From the NCBI GenBank assembly GCA_013215875.1, contig JABSQK010000051.1, positions 1 to 32,559 on the forward strand: 32,559 bases of DNA. Reading direction: 5' to 3'. The notes under the pieces are model-generated. The model had not been told where the DNA came from. It ran no database searches and was given only the letters and a program-made list of their open reading frames with translations. The stretch's first letter is position 1. The number at the start of each line of letters is the position of its first letter. The translations under genes were made by a program, and so were the position numbers. Source of the stretch: Lentisphaeria bacterium (GTDB taxonomy: Bacteria > Verrucomicrobiota > Lentisphaeria > JABSQK01). Below are positions 1 to 10,692 of the stretch, in pieces.

Positions 1-2
1 GT

Positions 3-1313
3 TATGCTGAGAGTGAAGACGGCATTCACTTCAAACCCAAACGTGTGGGTACATGCAAATACAATGGCAACACCCGCAACAACCTGGTCAGCTTTAGTGC
101 GGATCCGGATATCAGTGGTGGTATGGCAGGCGGTGGCGCTTCCGGTTTTCTCTATGACCCCATGGACAAGGACTTTCCATACAAGGTGGTGATACTGCGC
201 CGAAGCAGCATAGAGTCGCTCAACCCTGCAGTGCGCGCACGCTTTCCGAAGGCTGCGAAGACTATGGCCAGTCACTCGTCTTCCAATTGGTTTATCTGGG
301 GCGTGGGCAAGAGCAAGGACGGTTTTGAATGGCAGATGCCGGAGCATGATCACCTGCTCATCGATGAAGTGCCGGAAGGCCCGGTAATCCATCGTGCGCT
401 GGATGGCGGTTACGTGATTGGCAATCAGATGGTGAGTCCCACATCCAAACATGATGGCCGTCGCATTAAGGGCTGGTTAACATATGATCAGCAAACAGCA
501 CATCGCATTCCGGAATATGTTTTCTCTATGCCCGAATCTATGACCCGCTGTCGGACGGGTGAGATTGGTCCGGCCTGGAATAACTCGCACTGGGCGCAGA
601 ATCATGTGGGACTGGTGACGGCGCGCAAGGGACCAAGCATGATCGCACTGCACGGCACGCTCTATGGTGCATGGGCCGCCGAAACCTATGCGCAAGTCGC
701 GGACATCGGCCTGGCAGTAAGCGATACAGGTTACCACTTTGAACAGGTCTGGCCCTTCCGGCCCTTCCTGCGCCGCGGCGAAAGACAGGTCTGGGATTAT
801 GGCCTGGTCTGGCAGTGTGCCATGGAAGAGACCAGCGACAAAACGCTTTTCTATTACGGGGCCTCCAATCAAGGCAACGCCGCAGGTTCAGCTTATAACG
901 CGGGTGTCGGATATGTGGATAAGGATCGCTTTGGATTCCGCGCACTGCGCGTGAACCGCGATTACAGCGAGCCTAAGAAGCGGCGCGGCGAAGTCACACT
1001 ACAGCCCTGTGTCCTGCCCGAGAAACCTGAGCTTACGGTGAACTGTTCGCATCTTAGCCGCACGCGTACGGTCAGGGTAGAACTGCGACGACCGGACGGT
1101 AAGGTGATCCCTGGCTTCTCTTTTAAAAACTGCAGTCCGGTTTGCAAGGCAGGCATCCATCGGCCACTGCGATGGACAAACAAAAATGTTCGCACACTCG
1201 CCGGTAAAGAGGTCCAGATCGCGGTGGAACTCTTCTCCCCAGACTGCCAATTCGGTGAGCAGCAAAGTCCACGCGTTTATGCAATCTATACAAGTCAAAG
1301 GAAACGCTCATGA
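3..1313 (+). CDS. hypothetical protein, 5'-partial (possible beta-propeller/glycosidase-like)
   Basis: The frame is open from nt 3 with no stop, so the gene continues upstream of the window; the in-window GTG at 45 is only the first possible start. Stop TGA 1311-1313 overlaps the ATG of the next gene (ATGA). No motif confidently recognised. Confidence 0.55.
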   Translation, partial: YAESEDGIHFKPKRVGTCKYNGNTRNNLVSFSADPDISGGMAGGGASGFLYDPMDKDFPYKVVILRRSSIESLNPAVRARFPKAAKTMASHSSSNWFIWGVGKSKDGFEWQMPEHDHLLIDEVPEGPVIHRALDGGYVIGNQMVSPTSKHDGRRIKGWLTYDQQTAHRIPEYVFSMPESMTRCRTGEIGPAWNNSHWAQNHVGLVTARKGPSMIALHGTLYGAWAAETYAQVADIGLAVSDTGYHFEQVWPFRPFLRRGERQVWDYGLVWQCAMEETSDKTLFYYGASNQGNAAGSAYNAGVGYVDKDRFGFRALRVNRDYSEPKKRRGEVTLQPCVLPEKPELTVNCSHLSRTRTVRVELRRPDGKVIPGFSFKNCSPVCKAGIHRPLRWTNKNVRTLAGKEVQIAVELFSPDCQFGEQQSPRVYAIYTSQRKRS

Positions 1314-2446
1314 CAGAACAAACAACATTTGCTTTAATCGGTACCGGACGACTGGCGCAGTCACAACATCTGCCGAATTTAATGCGAGCACCGCATGTAA
1401 AATTACAGACAATTTGCGATACAAATGAAGAGCTGCTTGCTGCCATGCATGCCAAGTACCCGGTGCCGCAAGCCACGACCGATTACCGTGAAGTTCTGGC
1501 CGACCCGTCCATTCAAGCCGTAGTCATAGCGACCCGCGAGGACATGCAGGCCAAACTGACGATCGCAGCATTGGAAGCGGGAAAGCATGTTTATGTGGAG
1601 AAGCCACTGGCCAATACCAGTGAGGAATGTCAGGCTGTTGTGGATGCACAAAAACGCAGTGGCAAGCATGTGGCCTTGGGTTTGAACCGGCGTTTTGCGC
1701 CAGCTTACCGCAAGGCTCGCGAAGCAGTCATGGCACATGGCGGCGCTCACAACATTCATTACCGCATCTCTGAAACTGCCTGGCACTGGCATGATCCCAT
1801 GCGAAGCCGTGTCATTACCGAAGTTTGTCATATCTTTGATATTCTGCGCTGGTTCACCGATTCGGAGGTGAGCTCTGTCTACTGCATGGAAGCAAGAGAC
1901 GATGACGAAGCGTTTGCACTTCAGTTTGAGAATGGAGCCATAGCGACAATCATGAGCACAGGTTACAGCAGCACGGATCTGCCCAAAGAGCGTATTGAAA
2001 TAATCAGTGATACTGGGGGTGTCATTGTTGAGGAATTTGCAGAGCTTCGTACTTTTGGTTATTCGGACTTTGACCATGTCTATCGCTTTGCCGGTCATGC
2101 GCATCCGGACCAGGAGTGGACCCCGAAATATCTCTTGGCCCAGTCTGGAGCCGATGCGGTTCATGCTCTGCGTCGTATGGCTTGGGAGTTACAGGAAGAA
2201 GCTAAAGAGAATGTAGAAGATAAGAGCTGCTCCGCCCAGGATGTGCGGGATTATGTCAACACCCGAGTACCGATCTGGAATTACATGGGCGACAAGGGTT
2301 GGCTCTCAGCCGTGGATCATTTTGCTCAGTGCATTCTGGAAGGCCGCACGCCGGAGACGGCCACCGCTGAGGATGCATGGAAAGCCAGCTGCATTGCCCA
2401 TGCTGCAATCCGCAGTCGGGATGAGAAAAACATCGTGAAACTCTAA
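1310..2446 (+). CDS. Gfo/Idh/MocA family NAD(P)-dependent oxidoreductase
   Basis: N-terminal Rossmann motif [11 protein letters not shown], conserved EKPLA motif and ~378 aa length. AAGGAAA Shine-Dalgarno sits 6 nt upstream. Start overlaps the upstream stop (ATGA coupling). Confidence 0.85.
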   Translation: MTEQTTFALIGTGRLAQSQHLPNLMRAPHVKLQTICDTNEELLAAMHAKYPVPQATTDYREVLADPSIQAVVIATREDMQAKLTIAALEAGKHVYVEKPLANTSEECQAVVDAQKRSGKHVALGLNRRFAPAYRKAREAVMAHGGAHNIHYRISETAWHWHDPMRSRVITEVCHIFDILRWFTDSEVSSVYCMEARDDDEAFALQFENGAIATIMSTGYSSTDLPKERIEIISDTGGVIVEEFAELRTFGYSDFDHVYRFAGHAHPDQEWTPKYLLAQSGADAVHALRRMAWELQEEAKENVEDKSCSAQDVRDYVNTRVPIWNYMGDKGWLSAVDHFAQCILEGRTPETATAEDAWKASCIAHAAIRSRDEKNIVKL

Positions 2447-2465
2447 ATCAACAGGACGAAAAATC

Positions 2466-3287
2466 ATGACCACTGTTCAAGTCACTGACACAGAAAAGGG
2501 AGAGATCCCGCAGAAGGGAAAAATCACCCACGGTTTGGTCTATGAGGTGAAAGCGAAGCTCTCAATCAAATTCACTTTGATCGAGCTACTTGTGGTGATT
2601 GCGATCATCGCGATCCTGGCGGCGATGTTGTTGCCTGTTCTCTCTCGGGCTAAAGATACTGCACGCAGCATACATTGTCTCAATAACCAGAGACAAATCG
2701 TCCTGGCAACCTTGATGTACGCTGACGACTGGGGTTCCCTGTTTAATGGTGACATCGTCATCAACACCCCCGGCAATCATCCCGAGGGCGAGAGTGTCAT
2801 GTGGTTCGCATACAACTCCTTCGATATTGGAAGAGACGTGTGGATCTGCCCCTCTCATCCGGACAGACGGCTTCCAGATGCTGAGTCATGGTGGCAGAAC
2901 GCGACACGCAGTTGGCCCCATTACGCACCGAACTTTGGCGGCGCATTAGGTACGATGTCGGTTGGCGATAAGCTGAAAATCGCTGGTTGGTACCACAGGG
3001 AAAACACGGTAAACCCGCTCCCGGCGATACGCTTATCCATGCTGACGAGTCCCGCCAACATTATCGGCTGGGGTGACTCCTTTTCCCGTGACCGTTTATA
3101 TGACGACGGCAATCGCTTCTTTCTCCACTACCGCAATCCCCAATCTTACGGCATGCCATCCGATGTGCACATGGGGAAGGCAAACGTTTCGTTCCTTGAC
3201 GGCCACGCTGGTCAGATCCATGAGTCCCAGTGGCGCGAGACATACAACCCTAATGCAGCAAAAGAATACTGGTCTGTAAAAAAATAG
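2466..3287 (+). CDS. prepilin-type N-terminal cleavage/methylation domain protein with H-X9-DG motif (DUF1559 family)
   Basis: Class-III signal/pilin-like segment [24 protein letters not shown]-terminal H-X9-DG: [12 protein letters not shown]. The probable true start is GTG 2547 (giving [15 protein letters not shown], a typical short basic prepilin leader); ATG 2466 adds a 27-aa extension. Confidence 0.8.
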   Translation: MTTVQVTDTEKGEIPQKGKITHGLVYEVKAKLSIKFTLIELLVVIAIIAILAAMLLPVLSRAKDTARSIHCLNNQRQIVLATLMYADDWGSLFNGDIVINTPGNHPEGESVMWFAYNSFDIGRDVWICPSHPDRRLPDAESWWQNATRSWPHYAPNFGGALGTMSVGDKLKIAGWYHRENTVNPLPAIRLSMLTSPANIIGWGDSFSRDRLYDDGNRFFLHYRNPQSYGMPSDVHMGKANVSFLDGHAGQIHESQWRETYNPNAAKEYWSVKK

Positions 3288-3297
3288 GACTAAAACT

Positions 3298-4149
3298 ATG
3301 ATCACTATTAAAAGTAAAGACATATCACAAGCCCGGCAAGTGAAAGCATCCTTGGATGCGCTGAGTCGGCAGAACATTCATAGAATGTTCGAGAGACTGA
3401 TTAAGAGACTAACTCTACGAGCGTTTACGCTCATAGAACTACTTGTGGTGATTGCGATCATCGCGATTCTGGCATCGATGTTGTTGCCGACGCTCTCTCG
3501 GGCATTAGAAATCGCGCGCAGCACACATTGTCTCAATAACCAGAAACAGATCGTCCTGGCGACGATGATGTACAGTGACGAAAATGGTTCCCTGTTCAAT
3601 TGCGAAATCGTCTTCAATACCCCCGGCAATCATACCGAGGGCGAGAGTGCCATGTGGTTCGCATACAACGCCTTCGATATTGGCAGAGACGTCTGGCTCT
3701 GCCCCTCTCACCCGGACAGAAAGCTTCCAGACTTCGCACCGTGGAGCATGAACGCCACACGCTCGTGGCCCCATTACGGACCGAACATGGGCGGTGAAAT
3801 CGGTGTCGCCTTGCCGGTTGATCAAAAGATGAGAATTGTTGGTTGGTACCACAGGGAAATCACAACACGCCCGGACCCGCTCCCGGCGATACGCTTATCC
3901 ATGCTGTCAGATCCCGCTGCTACCATCGCCTGGGGTGACTCCTTTTCCCGTGACCGTTTATATGACGACGGCAATCGTTTCTTCCTCTACTACCGTGCCC
4001 CTCGACCTTACGGTATGCCGTCTGATGTGCACATGGGGAAGGCAAACGTCTCGTTTCTTGACGGCCACGCAGCTTCGGTCCATGAGAGCGAGTGGAGCGA
4101 GACGTACAACCCTAACGCAGCTAAGGAATACTGGTCTGTAAAAAAATAG
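3298..4149 (+). CDS. prepilin-type N-terminal cleavage/methylation domain protein with H-X9-DG motif (DUF1559 family)
   Basis: [23 protein letters not shown] pilin-like segment and H-X9-DG ([12 protein letters not shown]). About 85% nt identity to the preceding gene over the mature region, indicating tandem duplication. Alternative start ATG 3385 gives [20 protein letters not shown]. Confidence 0.8.
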   Translation: MITIKSKDISQARQVKASLDALSRQNIHRMFERLIKRLTLRAFTLIELLVVIAIIAILASMLLPTLSRALEIARSTHCLNNQKQIVLATMMYSDENGSLFNCEIVFNTPGNHTEGESAMWFAYNAFDIGRDVWLCPSHPDRKLPDFAPWSMNATRSWPHYGPNMGGEIGVALPVDQKMRIVGWYHREITTRPDPLPAIRLSMLSDPAATIAWGDSFSRDRLYDDGNRFFLYYRAPRPYGMPSDVHMGKANVSFLDGHAASVHESEWSETYNPNAAKEYWSVKK

Positions 4150-4159
4150 AACTAAAACT

Positions 4160-5149
4160 ATGATCACTATTAAAGTCAAAAACACAGCCAGGAGAGTCCT
4201 TTGGGTCTCGAAGGCGATAGACAATCGGGTAGGGACTAACCATGAAGCCCAACCTGTACAGACTAGGGAGATACACCGGCAGATCATTCGGAGAATGTTC
4301 GAGAGGAAAAGTAAATGTTTGACATTTACTTTAATCGAAACACAAGCTCTCTCCTTGAGAGCGTCAGGTCGGCAAGTTGTTCTCCGAACAACTGAGAGAC
4401 TCGTTCGGAGAGCGTTTACGCTCATAGAATTACTCGTGGTTATCGCCATTATTGCTATTTTGGCGAGTATGCTGTTGCCTGCTTTGAGCACAGCCCGGGA
4501 GGCTGCCCGCAACATTCAATGTGTGAATAATCAGAGGCAGCTGGCAATTGGAACGATCCTGTATCTTGAAACCTACGAGGTCCTGCCGGATCATCAGACC
4601 CTGGTTGAGACTGCCAACAGCTCCGAACAGATCATGGGTTTCGCTGCCAAGTGGTTTGATTTGGGTGCCGGAGTCTGGGCCTGTCCGTCAAATCCACGGG
4701 CCGGTGAGATTGTGAAATATGCTGGCGGAGACAACTGGAATGCCTGTCGTATCTACACCAACTACTCGCCCAACACGGGCGGGTATGATACATGGACGCC
4801 TAACACTCCTGAAAGCTATATGAAACGTTTTGGCTGGTATCACGCTCAGCGTGTTTACGGGCCGGAGTATTTTATGCCTTTGGTTCGTATAAGTACTTTG
4901 ACCTCGCCCGCGAACACCATTGCCTGGGGTGATGTGGAGAGCTGGGTTGATCTATTCGGCAGCAGTAACAATAACCGCTACTGGTTGATGTACGACTACT
5001 ACGGCGGGCGCGGCTATGTGGGTAACTATCATCGTGGCCGGGGCAACAGCAGTTTCATGGATGGCCATGTCGAGACCTATCATTTCACTGAATGGCTCTC
5101 TACCTACAATCCGGATGCGATTAAGGATTACTGGAGCGTGCAGAAATAA
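4160..5149 (+). CDS. prepilin-type N-terminal cleavage/methylation domain protein with H-X9-DG motif (DUF1559 family), divergent paralog
   Basis: [25 protein letters not shown] segment. C-terminal H-X9-DG: [12 protein letters not shown]. Shares the start context (actaaaactATGatcactattaaag) and an RMFER leader block with gene 3298. Unusually long leader (~85 aa from ATG 4160, 47 aa from ATG 4295) that contains a second degenerate FTLIE copy. Confidence 0.75.
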   Translation: MITIKVKNTARRVLWVSKAIDNRVGTNHEAQPVQTREIHRQIIRRMFERKSKCLTFTLIETQALSLRASGRQVVLRTTERLVRRAFTLIELLVVIAIIAILASMLLPALSTAREAARNIQCVNNQRQLAIGTILYLETYEVLPDHQTLVETANSSEQIMGFAAKWFDLGAGVWACPSNPRAGEIVKYAGGDNWNACRIYTNYSPNTGGYDTWTPNTPESYMKRFGWYHAQRVYGPEYFMPLVRISTLTSPANTIAWGDVESWVDLFGSSNNNRYWLMYDYYGGRGYVGNYHRGRGNSSFMDGHVETYHFTEWLSTYNPDAIKDYWSVQK

Positions 5150-5249
5150 TGAACGGATACACGATGCAAGACAACTTTGCATACCCGGCCTTAGCTTTCG
5201 CAGCTGACGGTTTTAATCACTTTTTAACTACAAACAGAAAGAATCAATA

Positions 5250-7235
5250 ATGACAATACAAAAATATTCTCTTGGCAATCTTGAATTCGATTTCGATGAC
5301 TTGAGCGGCCAGATACTTAAAGTACATGACAGCTCGCTTGATATGACGGTTATAGAATTTGATGCCGGTCATGAACTGGAAATCAATAAGCATGCGCTTC
5401 CTCTGCGACTGAGCGACCAGGACGAATCCAAAAACGCCGATTTTCCCGATCCCGCCTGGCAATGCAATTTGCAAGGCAGCAGCTATAGCAGCGCAGGTGC
5501 CGGTTGGGCATTTAATGTATTTCGGCAGGTGGTTGTTGGGTCAGCCTGCAAGCCGACAGGCAATCATTTGAACGCTCCAAACTGTCTTCATATTCGCTAC
5601 CGTCTTGAGCGAAAAGTAATGGATAAATATGACACCGACGTTCCACTCTTTTCCAATAAACGGCCGATGCAAGTGCCGCTCTGGCTGGATACCATCGGTA
5701 CGCTCTGTGCAAAAACAGACTGGTTCGGAGCGGATACTAAAATGATTGCTGCTCATATGCCAGGGGCGGGTCCGCGTTCACATGTAAGCCTGGAAGAGGG
5801 AGCCCCCGACGAAGTAACTGAACATCTTTGGAATATGTTCCGGCGAACGCATCCCGGCGTGCAGCTTATTCCCGGTGCCATCTACACCCACCCGGATGGC
5901 CGCTGGTTATGGATAACCGCGCAGCGACCAACGGTTGGTATGCATTGGGATTTTAATGCGAGCAGCCAAAAGGCCCAGTTTGAATACCATGCACGCCTGA
6001 CTCCTGCTGACGTTGTTCATACCCCTGAAGTCAGTCTGTATTGGGGAACCGGAGGCGAAGCAGAAATGTTTGCGCGTTTGAATGACGCATTTATTGCATA
6101 TGAAGAACCACCGAAATGGTGGTGGAATACCTGCTGGCATTGGATGAATTGGTGGTGCCATCGGGAAAATGGCATTGATGATATGGCCGATCATGCGGAA
6201 TATTTACATGAGAAACTTGGCTTGACCGGTTTTGGCCTGATGCTTCATGACCTGCGCCCGGGCTCCTGGGATTGTTCGGCTTCCGGCCTGCGCCCCAGTC
6301 CGCATCTTGGTGGCGATGAAGCCATCCGCCGCTTTGGCGAACGGGTGAAATCGTTTGGCGGAAAAATATTTATATGGATGCCTTACCTTGGACTCGGTGA
6401 ACCCAGTCTTGATATTCGACCCGACTGGGTTGTCCGTGGCGAAGACGGGCGTCCCTTTGAAACGTACGGCATTGGTTCATTCGATCTCTACCAGGGACTT
6501 AACTTTGGGCATCCCGAGGTCCAGGACTACTATCTCGAGTGGATCAAACGGTATATAACAGAGTACCAGATTGATGGCATATTTTGGGATTGTGGCGGTA
6601 CGCCTTCGCCGCCTGATATTTCTTCACCTGAGACGCGCTCATTTCAGCGATTTCCCTCAGAGAATATGACAGCGGGTTATCGCTTCATGGAAAAAGTCAT
6701 GTTGGCCGGCCGTTCCTATTCAAAGGATTTCTTTATGTGGCATGAAGCCTTCAATGCAGACCTTCCGGGAATGGGCTATGGCAGCAGCAAGGGCGATGAC
6801 GGCTTTATCGCCAAGCTTAATCGTTATGGTAAAAAGCGCTTAGTGTATCGTTCGAAATCCACGTACGATCTTTACGGTGGATTCCCCAGAATTATTCCAG
6901 AACAGGATTCGGGCTTTGAAAAGCGACCGGTTTCGCTCGAAACGTATAAGCCTGTGATTGAAGATAAGATGAATCAGTGGCTGGTAAACTTTGTGAAAGA
7001 GAATGGTGTGCGTGATGCACAATGGGTTGCGAATGGCGTGTCTTACTGTGCTGGTCATATTGTCACCGATCCCGCCGATCAACCCTATGAAGTAACCATA
7101 CCCCGGTGGATGACTGAAGCCAAAAAACTTGTGAATGTGTTTACTAACGAAAGCATAAAACCTTCAGGCGAAAATGAATCAGGGACAACGTTTATTTTGG
7201 AAGGAAAAGCAGCCTATGCAGTACAGCAGGACTGA
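5250..7235 (+). CDS. hypothetical protein, putative TIM-barrel glycoside-hydrolase-like
   Basis: 661-aa ORF with no signal peptide. Segment GHPEVQDYYLEWIKRYITEYQIDGIFWDCGG resembles glycoside-hydrolase-like (GHL) families; family not assignable by eye. Confidence 0.55.
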   Translation: MTIQKYSLGNLEFDFDDLSGQILKVHDSSLDMTVIEFDAGHELEINKHALPLRLSDQDESKNADFPDPAWQCNLQGSSYSSAGAGWAFNVFRQVVVGSACKPTGNHLNAPNCLHIRYRLERKVMDKYDTDVPLFSNKRPMQVPLWLDTIGTLCAKTDWFGADTKMIAAHMPGAGPRSHVSLEEGAPDEVTEHLWNMFRRTHPGVQLIPGAIYTHPDGRWLWITAQRPTVGMHWDFNASSQKAQFEYHARLTPADVVHTPEVSLYWGTGGEAEMFARLNDAFIAYEEPPKWWWNTCWHWMNWWCHRENGIDDMADHAEYLHEKLGLTGFGLMLHDLRPGSWDCSASGLRPSPHLGGDEAIRRFGERVKSFGGKIFIWMPYLGLGEPSLDIRPDWVVRGEDGRPFETYGIGSFDLYQGLNFGHPEVQDYYLEWIKRYITEYQIDGIFWDCGGTPSPPDISSPETRSFQRFPSENMTAGYRFMEKVMLAGRSYSKDFFMWHEAFNADLPGMGYGSSKGDDGFIAKLNRYGKKRLVYRSKSTYDLYGGFPRIIPEQDSGFEKRPVSLETYKPVIEDKMNQWLVNFVKENGVRDAQWVANGVSYCAGHIVTDPADQPYEVTIPRWMTEAKKLVNVFTNESIKPSGENESGTTFILEGKAAYAVQQD

Positions 7236-7442
7236 CACGTTATGACAAAAAATAAACAAACGTTGAATGAACTAAGCAGTCTGTCTGGAAAGATTGTGCT
7301 GGTGACAGGATGGCCGACCGCTGGTGACAGGAGAAGAGGCCTCGCAGTCCCTCAAAGTCGCTGAGTTGGCGATAGGTCGGATTAAAAATAAATGTTAACT
7401 TATCAAAAATATTTTTTAATAAAAATTAATCAGGAGTAATAT

Positions 7443-8408
7443 ATGAAAATTGGAATCGTTGGTTGCGGTGGAATCGCTCGCGCCCATGTTAATGCCTACC
7501 AGGCAAACAACGCAGAACTCGTCGCGTTTTATGACAGCTTTGCTGAATCTGCAAAATCATTTAGTGAGGAGTTAGGCGGACAAGCTTATGACTCAATAGA
7601 CGATATGATCGCAAGCGGAATCGATGCGGTTAGCATCTGTACGCCGCCAGTCGCCCACACCGATAACGTCCTGCCATTTCTCGATGCCGGCATTCCTGTT
7701 CTATGTGAAAAACCCATCGAGCTGAATGGTGAACGTGCTGCCGCTCTCACAGAAAAAGTGAACGCATCGAATACACTCTTCATGACGGCATTCTGCCATC
7801 GTTTTCACCCACCTGTCATCAAGCTAAAAGAAATTATTGATTCCGGTGAATTAGGTGATCCAATTCTCTTACGAAACTTCTTCGGCGGCTATATGAAACT
7901 GGAAGGCGATCATCGTATCAAACCTGAAATATCGGGCGGCGGTTGCATGATTGACCATAGCTGTCATGCTGTTGATCTCTTTCGCTTTCTGGTTGGTGAA
8001 CCGACCACAGTGTCAGCTGTCACTGCTGATGTTCAAAATATTCCAATTGAAGACCTGTCTGCCTTCAGTCTTAAAATCGGTAACAGCATCATTGGTAGTT
8101 TTAACAGTACTTATTCCATTCCTTTCTGCCGCAATACAGTGGAGTGGATGGGGTCCAAAGGCTCTGCTGTAATCAACTATTCCAAGTCGGTTGAAGGGGA
8201 ACTTCTCGTCGCGAAAGATGATCAGGGCTGGACAGCCGTCGACTGCGCTGATATGCCAGAACGCTTCACAGGCGAAATTACCTACTTCCTCGACTGCGTT
8301 AAATCCGGAACCACACCGTCTATAACTGCCAACGACGGTCTGGCTGCTAATCGCATTGTCGATGCACTCTACCTTTCGGAGGCAGAAAACCGGATCGTTA
8401 AGGTCTGA
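7443..8408 (+). CDS. Gfo/Idh/MocA family NAD(P)-dependent oxidoreductase
   Basis: MKIGIVGCGGIARAHV Rossmann N-terminus and EKPIEL motif. Strong Shine-Dalgarno cAGGAGtaatat before the ATG; AT-rich upstream region. Confidence 0.85.
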   Translation: MKIGIVGCGGIARAHVNAYQANNAELVAFYDSFAESAKSFSEELGGQAYDSIDDMIASGIDAVSICTPPVAHTDNVLPFLDAGIPVLCEKPIELNGERAAALTEKVNASNTLFMTAFCHRFHPPVIKLKEIIDSGELGDPILLRNFFGGYMKLEGDHRIKPEISGGGCMIDHSCHAVDLFRFLVGEPTTVSAVTADVQNIPIEDLSAFSLKIGNSIIGSFNSTYSIPFCRNTVEWMGSKGSAVINYSKSVEGELLVAKDDQGWTAVDCADMPERFTGEITYFLDCVKSGTTPSITANDGLAANRIVDALYLSEAENRIVKV

Positions 8409-8545
8409 TGGGGATGTGTCATGTGCTTTACTTATCAGACATCCGGTTCATCAGCGATGATCGGCAAATGGATAGACGCAGTCGCTGGGAAGGAACAATA
8501 GCTAATGGTTAATTCTTGTACCCGTTATTCCCTGAGGAACATGTT

Positions 8546-9658
8546 ATGACATTAAATACCGATTTTCACAAGCAAGCCAAGTGGCGCACCAGGCGTCTGA
8601 TTATGAACAATGATGGCGACGACGGACGGGTGGATCCTGCGCCATCAATCGATGGGTTTCTCGACCGCAGAACCAGTGCCCTGGGCGAATCAAAAGTGGA
8701 CAGTATTTTCTACTGTGCCGATGCCTTCACCTGTGGCAATCCGGATTTGCCGCCCAGGGATTACGATCCTCTAGAAGAGATGGTCCGCTGGTGTCGGGGG
8801 CATGACCGTGAGATATTTTATTCCATGCGCATGAACGACCAGCACGATGCAGGTTGGGAACGCATGATGCCATGGAAAGAAGCACATCGGGACTGGCTCA
8901 TGAATATCAAAGACGGCTACCCGAAGTGGAGCTGGTCGATGATCGATTACAGCATCGAAGGTGTTCGCGACAAGGTTTTTGAAAGCCTGGAGAGTTTTGC
9001 TAGCGGATATGACGTGGACGGGCTGGAATTAGATTTTTGCAGACACTTCTGCCTCTTCCGCTCTCAGATGAAAGGCGAGCCTGTCACGCAGGACGAACGC
9101 GATTTGATGACTGATCTCATGAGGCGTGTGCGCACCATGACCCGGGAAATTGCGGACCGACGCGGGAAGCCGATGCTGATTGCCTTGCGACTTTTCGACG
9201 ATGTGGACTACTGCCGCGAGGCCGGCATCGATCTCGGCTTATGGCTCGAGGAGGGACTGGTCGATTTGATAACGAGTGGTGACTACTTCAAGCTGCGACC
9301 CTGGAGCGACTGGGCAGCTCTGGGCAAACAATATGATCTACCCGTTTATGCCTGCCTTGAACCGCGCCGCTTCCCGTTGGCTGGTATCAAAGGACAGGAG
9401 ATTATCGAGGGGGAAGCCAATCTTCCCTGTTGGCGGGGCGAGGCCCTAAGTGCCTGGCGGGCCGGCGTCAACGGGATCTATACGTTTAACCGCTTTGACT
9501 CAAGGGACCCGCTTTTTAGTGAACTACACGATCCGGAGCTTTTGGAGAGACTCGAACACGTGGACATTGAAACCTTCTCCGGCGGGGTGGAAACCCACTA
9601 CTTCGACCCGGGTTTCTGGATCAAGGGTGGCCGTCGCTTTTTAAAGGATGATATTTAA
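8546..9658 (+). CDS. hypothetical protein, putative glycoside-hydrolase-like TIM barrel
   Basis: ORF track starts at TTG 8516, but ATG 8546 is preceded by GAGGAA at -7 to -12. DVDGLELDFCRH-type segment reminiscent of GHL families. Stop is immediately followed by the ATG of the next gene. Confidence 0.55.
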   Translation: MTLNTDFHKQAKWRTRRLIMNNDGDDGRVDPAPSIDGFLDRRTSALGESKVDSIFYCADAFTCGNPDLPPRDYDPLEEMVRWCRGHDREIFYSMRMNDQHDAGWERMMPWKEAHRDWLMNIKDGYPKWSWSMIDYSIEGVRDKVFESLESFASGYDVDGLELDFCRHFCLFRSQMKGEPVTQDERDLMTDLMRRVRTMTREIADRRGKPMLIALRLFDDVDYCREAGIDLGLWLEEGLVDLITSGDYFKLRPWSDWAALGKQYDLPVYACLEPRRFPLAGIKGQEIIEGEANLPCWRGEALSAWRAGVNGIYTFNRFDSRDPLFSELHDPELLERLEHVDIETFSGGVETHYFDPGFWIKGGRRFLKDDI

Positions 9659-10612
9659 ATGAATAAGAAATCAAAAATAACTCGTAACGGAATTGGTCTT
9701 CACTCTGTTTTTTACAGCACCTTTTCTGTTTTTCTTTCTTCTCACAACAACGCTTTAAACGACAGTTCCCGCGCTAAGTCCAGGACTACTCAAGGTTTCA
9801 CGCTCATCGAACCATTAGCTCGTTTACGAGCGGCCTGCTGTCAGATTAGTCGCTTGCGACTGATCGATAAGCGAGTGAAGATAAGGTTTACCCTTATAGA
9901 ACTCCTGGTCGTAATTACTATCATCAGTATTCTTGCAGCGATGCTTCTGCCAGTTCTATCCAAAGCGAGGGAGGCAGGGCGCAGCGCTTATTGTCTGAAC
10001 AACAATAAGCAGATCGTACTGGCAACGATACAATATGCCGACGATTATGATGACAGGCTTTTTCAACAATTTATGTTGAGAATTACCTACAGTAACAACG
10101 GTGAATGCCCTATGTGGTTCGCTTATAATGAGTTCGATATTGGAAAAGACCCCTGGATATGCCCCTCACACCCGTACCAGCGGCTTAAGGGGCAGGCGAA
10201 CTGGGATATGGGTGACACCAAGACGTCCGCGCATTACGCACCTAACCTCGGTGCGGCCCCCTCCCATTCGGAATCCGTTGAAGAAAAGCTTAAGAAAGTG
10301 GGCTGGTTCTACGGTGCCCCACTTAATGAAGCCAACCCTATACGTGCGATGAGAATGAACCGCATGAGTGATGCCTCGAAGACTATCGGCTGGGGCGATA
10401 TCTACTCCCCCAACAGATCCTATACCGACGGCGGCGCCACCTGGGCCCTGAAGTACACCGGTCCCTGGATAACCGGTATACCATCGGATCTTCACTCTGG
10501 TCAGGCAAATGTCTCCTATCTCGATGGCCATGCGGAGAAAATTCACGAGGTCGAGTGGAGCCCCTACATAAATCCGAATGCTGCTGCTGAGCACTGGTCG
10601 GTAAGCAAGTAG
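9659..10612 (+). CDS. prepilin-type N-terminal cleavage/methylation domain protein with H-X9-DG motif (DUF1559 family)
   Basis: [24 protein letters not shown] segment and H-X9-DG ([12 protein letters not shown]). In-frame GTG 9875 would give the canonical leader [14 protein letters not shown] 9659 adds a 72-aa extension containing a degenerate GFTLIEPL copy. Confidence 0.75.
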   Translation: MNKKSKITRNGIGLHSVFYSTFSVFLSSHNNALNDSSRAKSRTTQGFTLIEPLARLRAACCQISRLRLIDKRVKIRFTLIELLVVITIISILAAMLLPVLSKAREAGRSAYCLNNNKQIVLATIQYADDYDDRLFQQFMLRITYSNNGECPMWFAYNEFDIGKDPWICPSHPYQRLKGQANWDMGDTKTSAHYAPNLGAAPSHSESVEEKLKKVGWFYGAPLNEANPIRAMRMNRMSDASKTIGWGDIYSPNRSYTDGGATWALKYTGPWITGIPSDLHSGQANVSYLDGHAEKIHEVEWSPYINPNAAAEHWSVSK

Positions 10613-10692
10613 TGCTTGCTGAATAATCAGTTTGTCCAGCTGCTTGACAATCCATTTATAAACAGAGACATAATGTTAAAGTTAAAATTGAC

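Noticed and set aside
1403-2164. 253-aa minus-strand ORF inside the Gfo/Idh/MocA gene
   Set aside because: Antisense to a well-supported gene with a conserved Rossmann fold; no Shine-Dalgarno and no recognisable motif.
3958-4515. 185-aa minus-strand ORF spanning the pilin-like gene junction
   Set aside because: Antisense to two H-X9-DG genes; its hydrophobic stretch mirrors the sense-strand pilin helix.
10644-10674. Putative sigma70 promoter TTGACA-N19-CATAAT upstream of the MFS gene
   Set aside because: A 19-nt spacer is at the edge of functional range; not confident enough to list as a feature.
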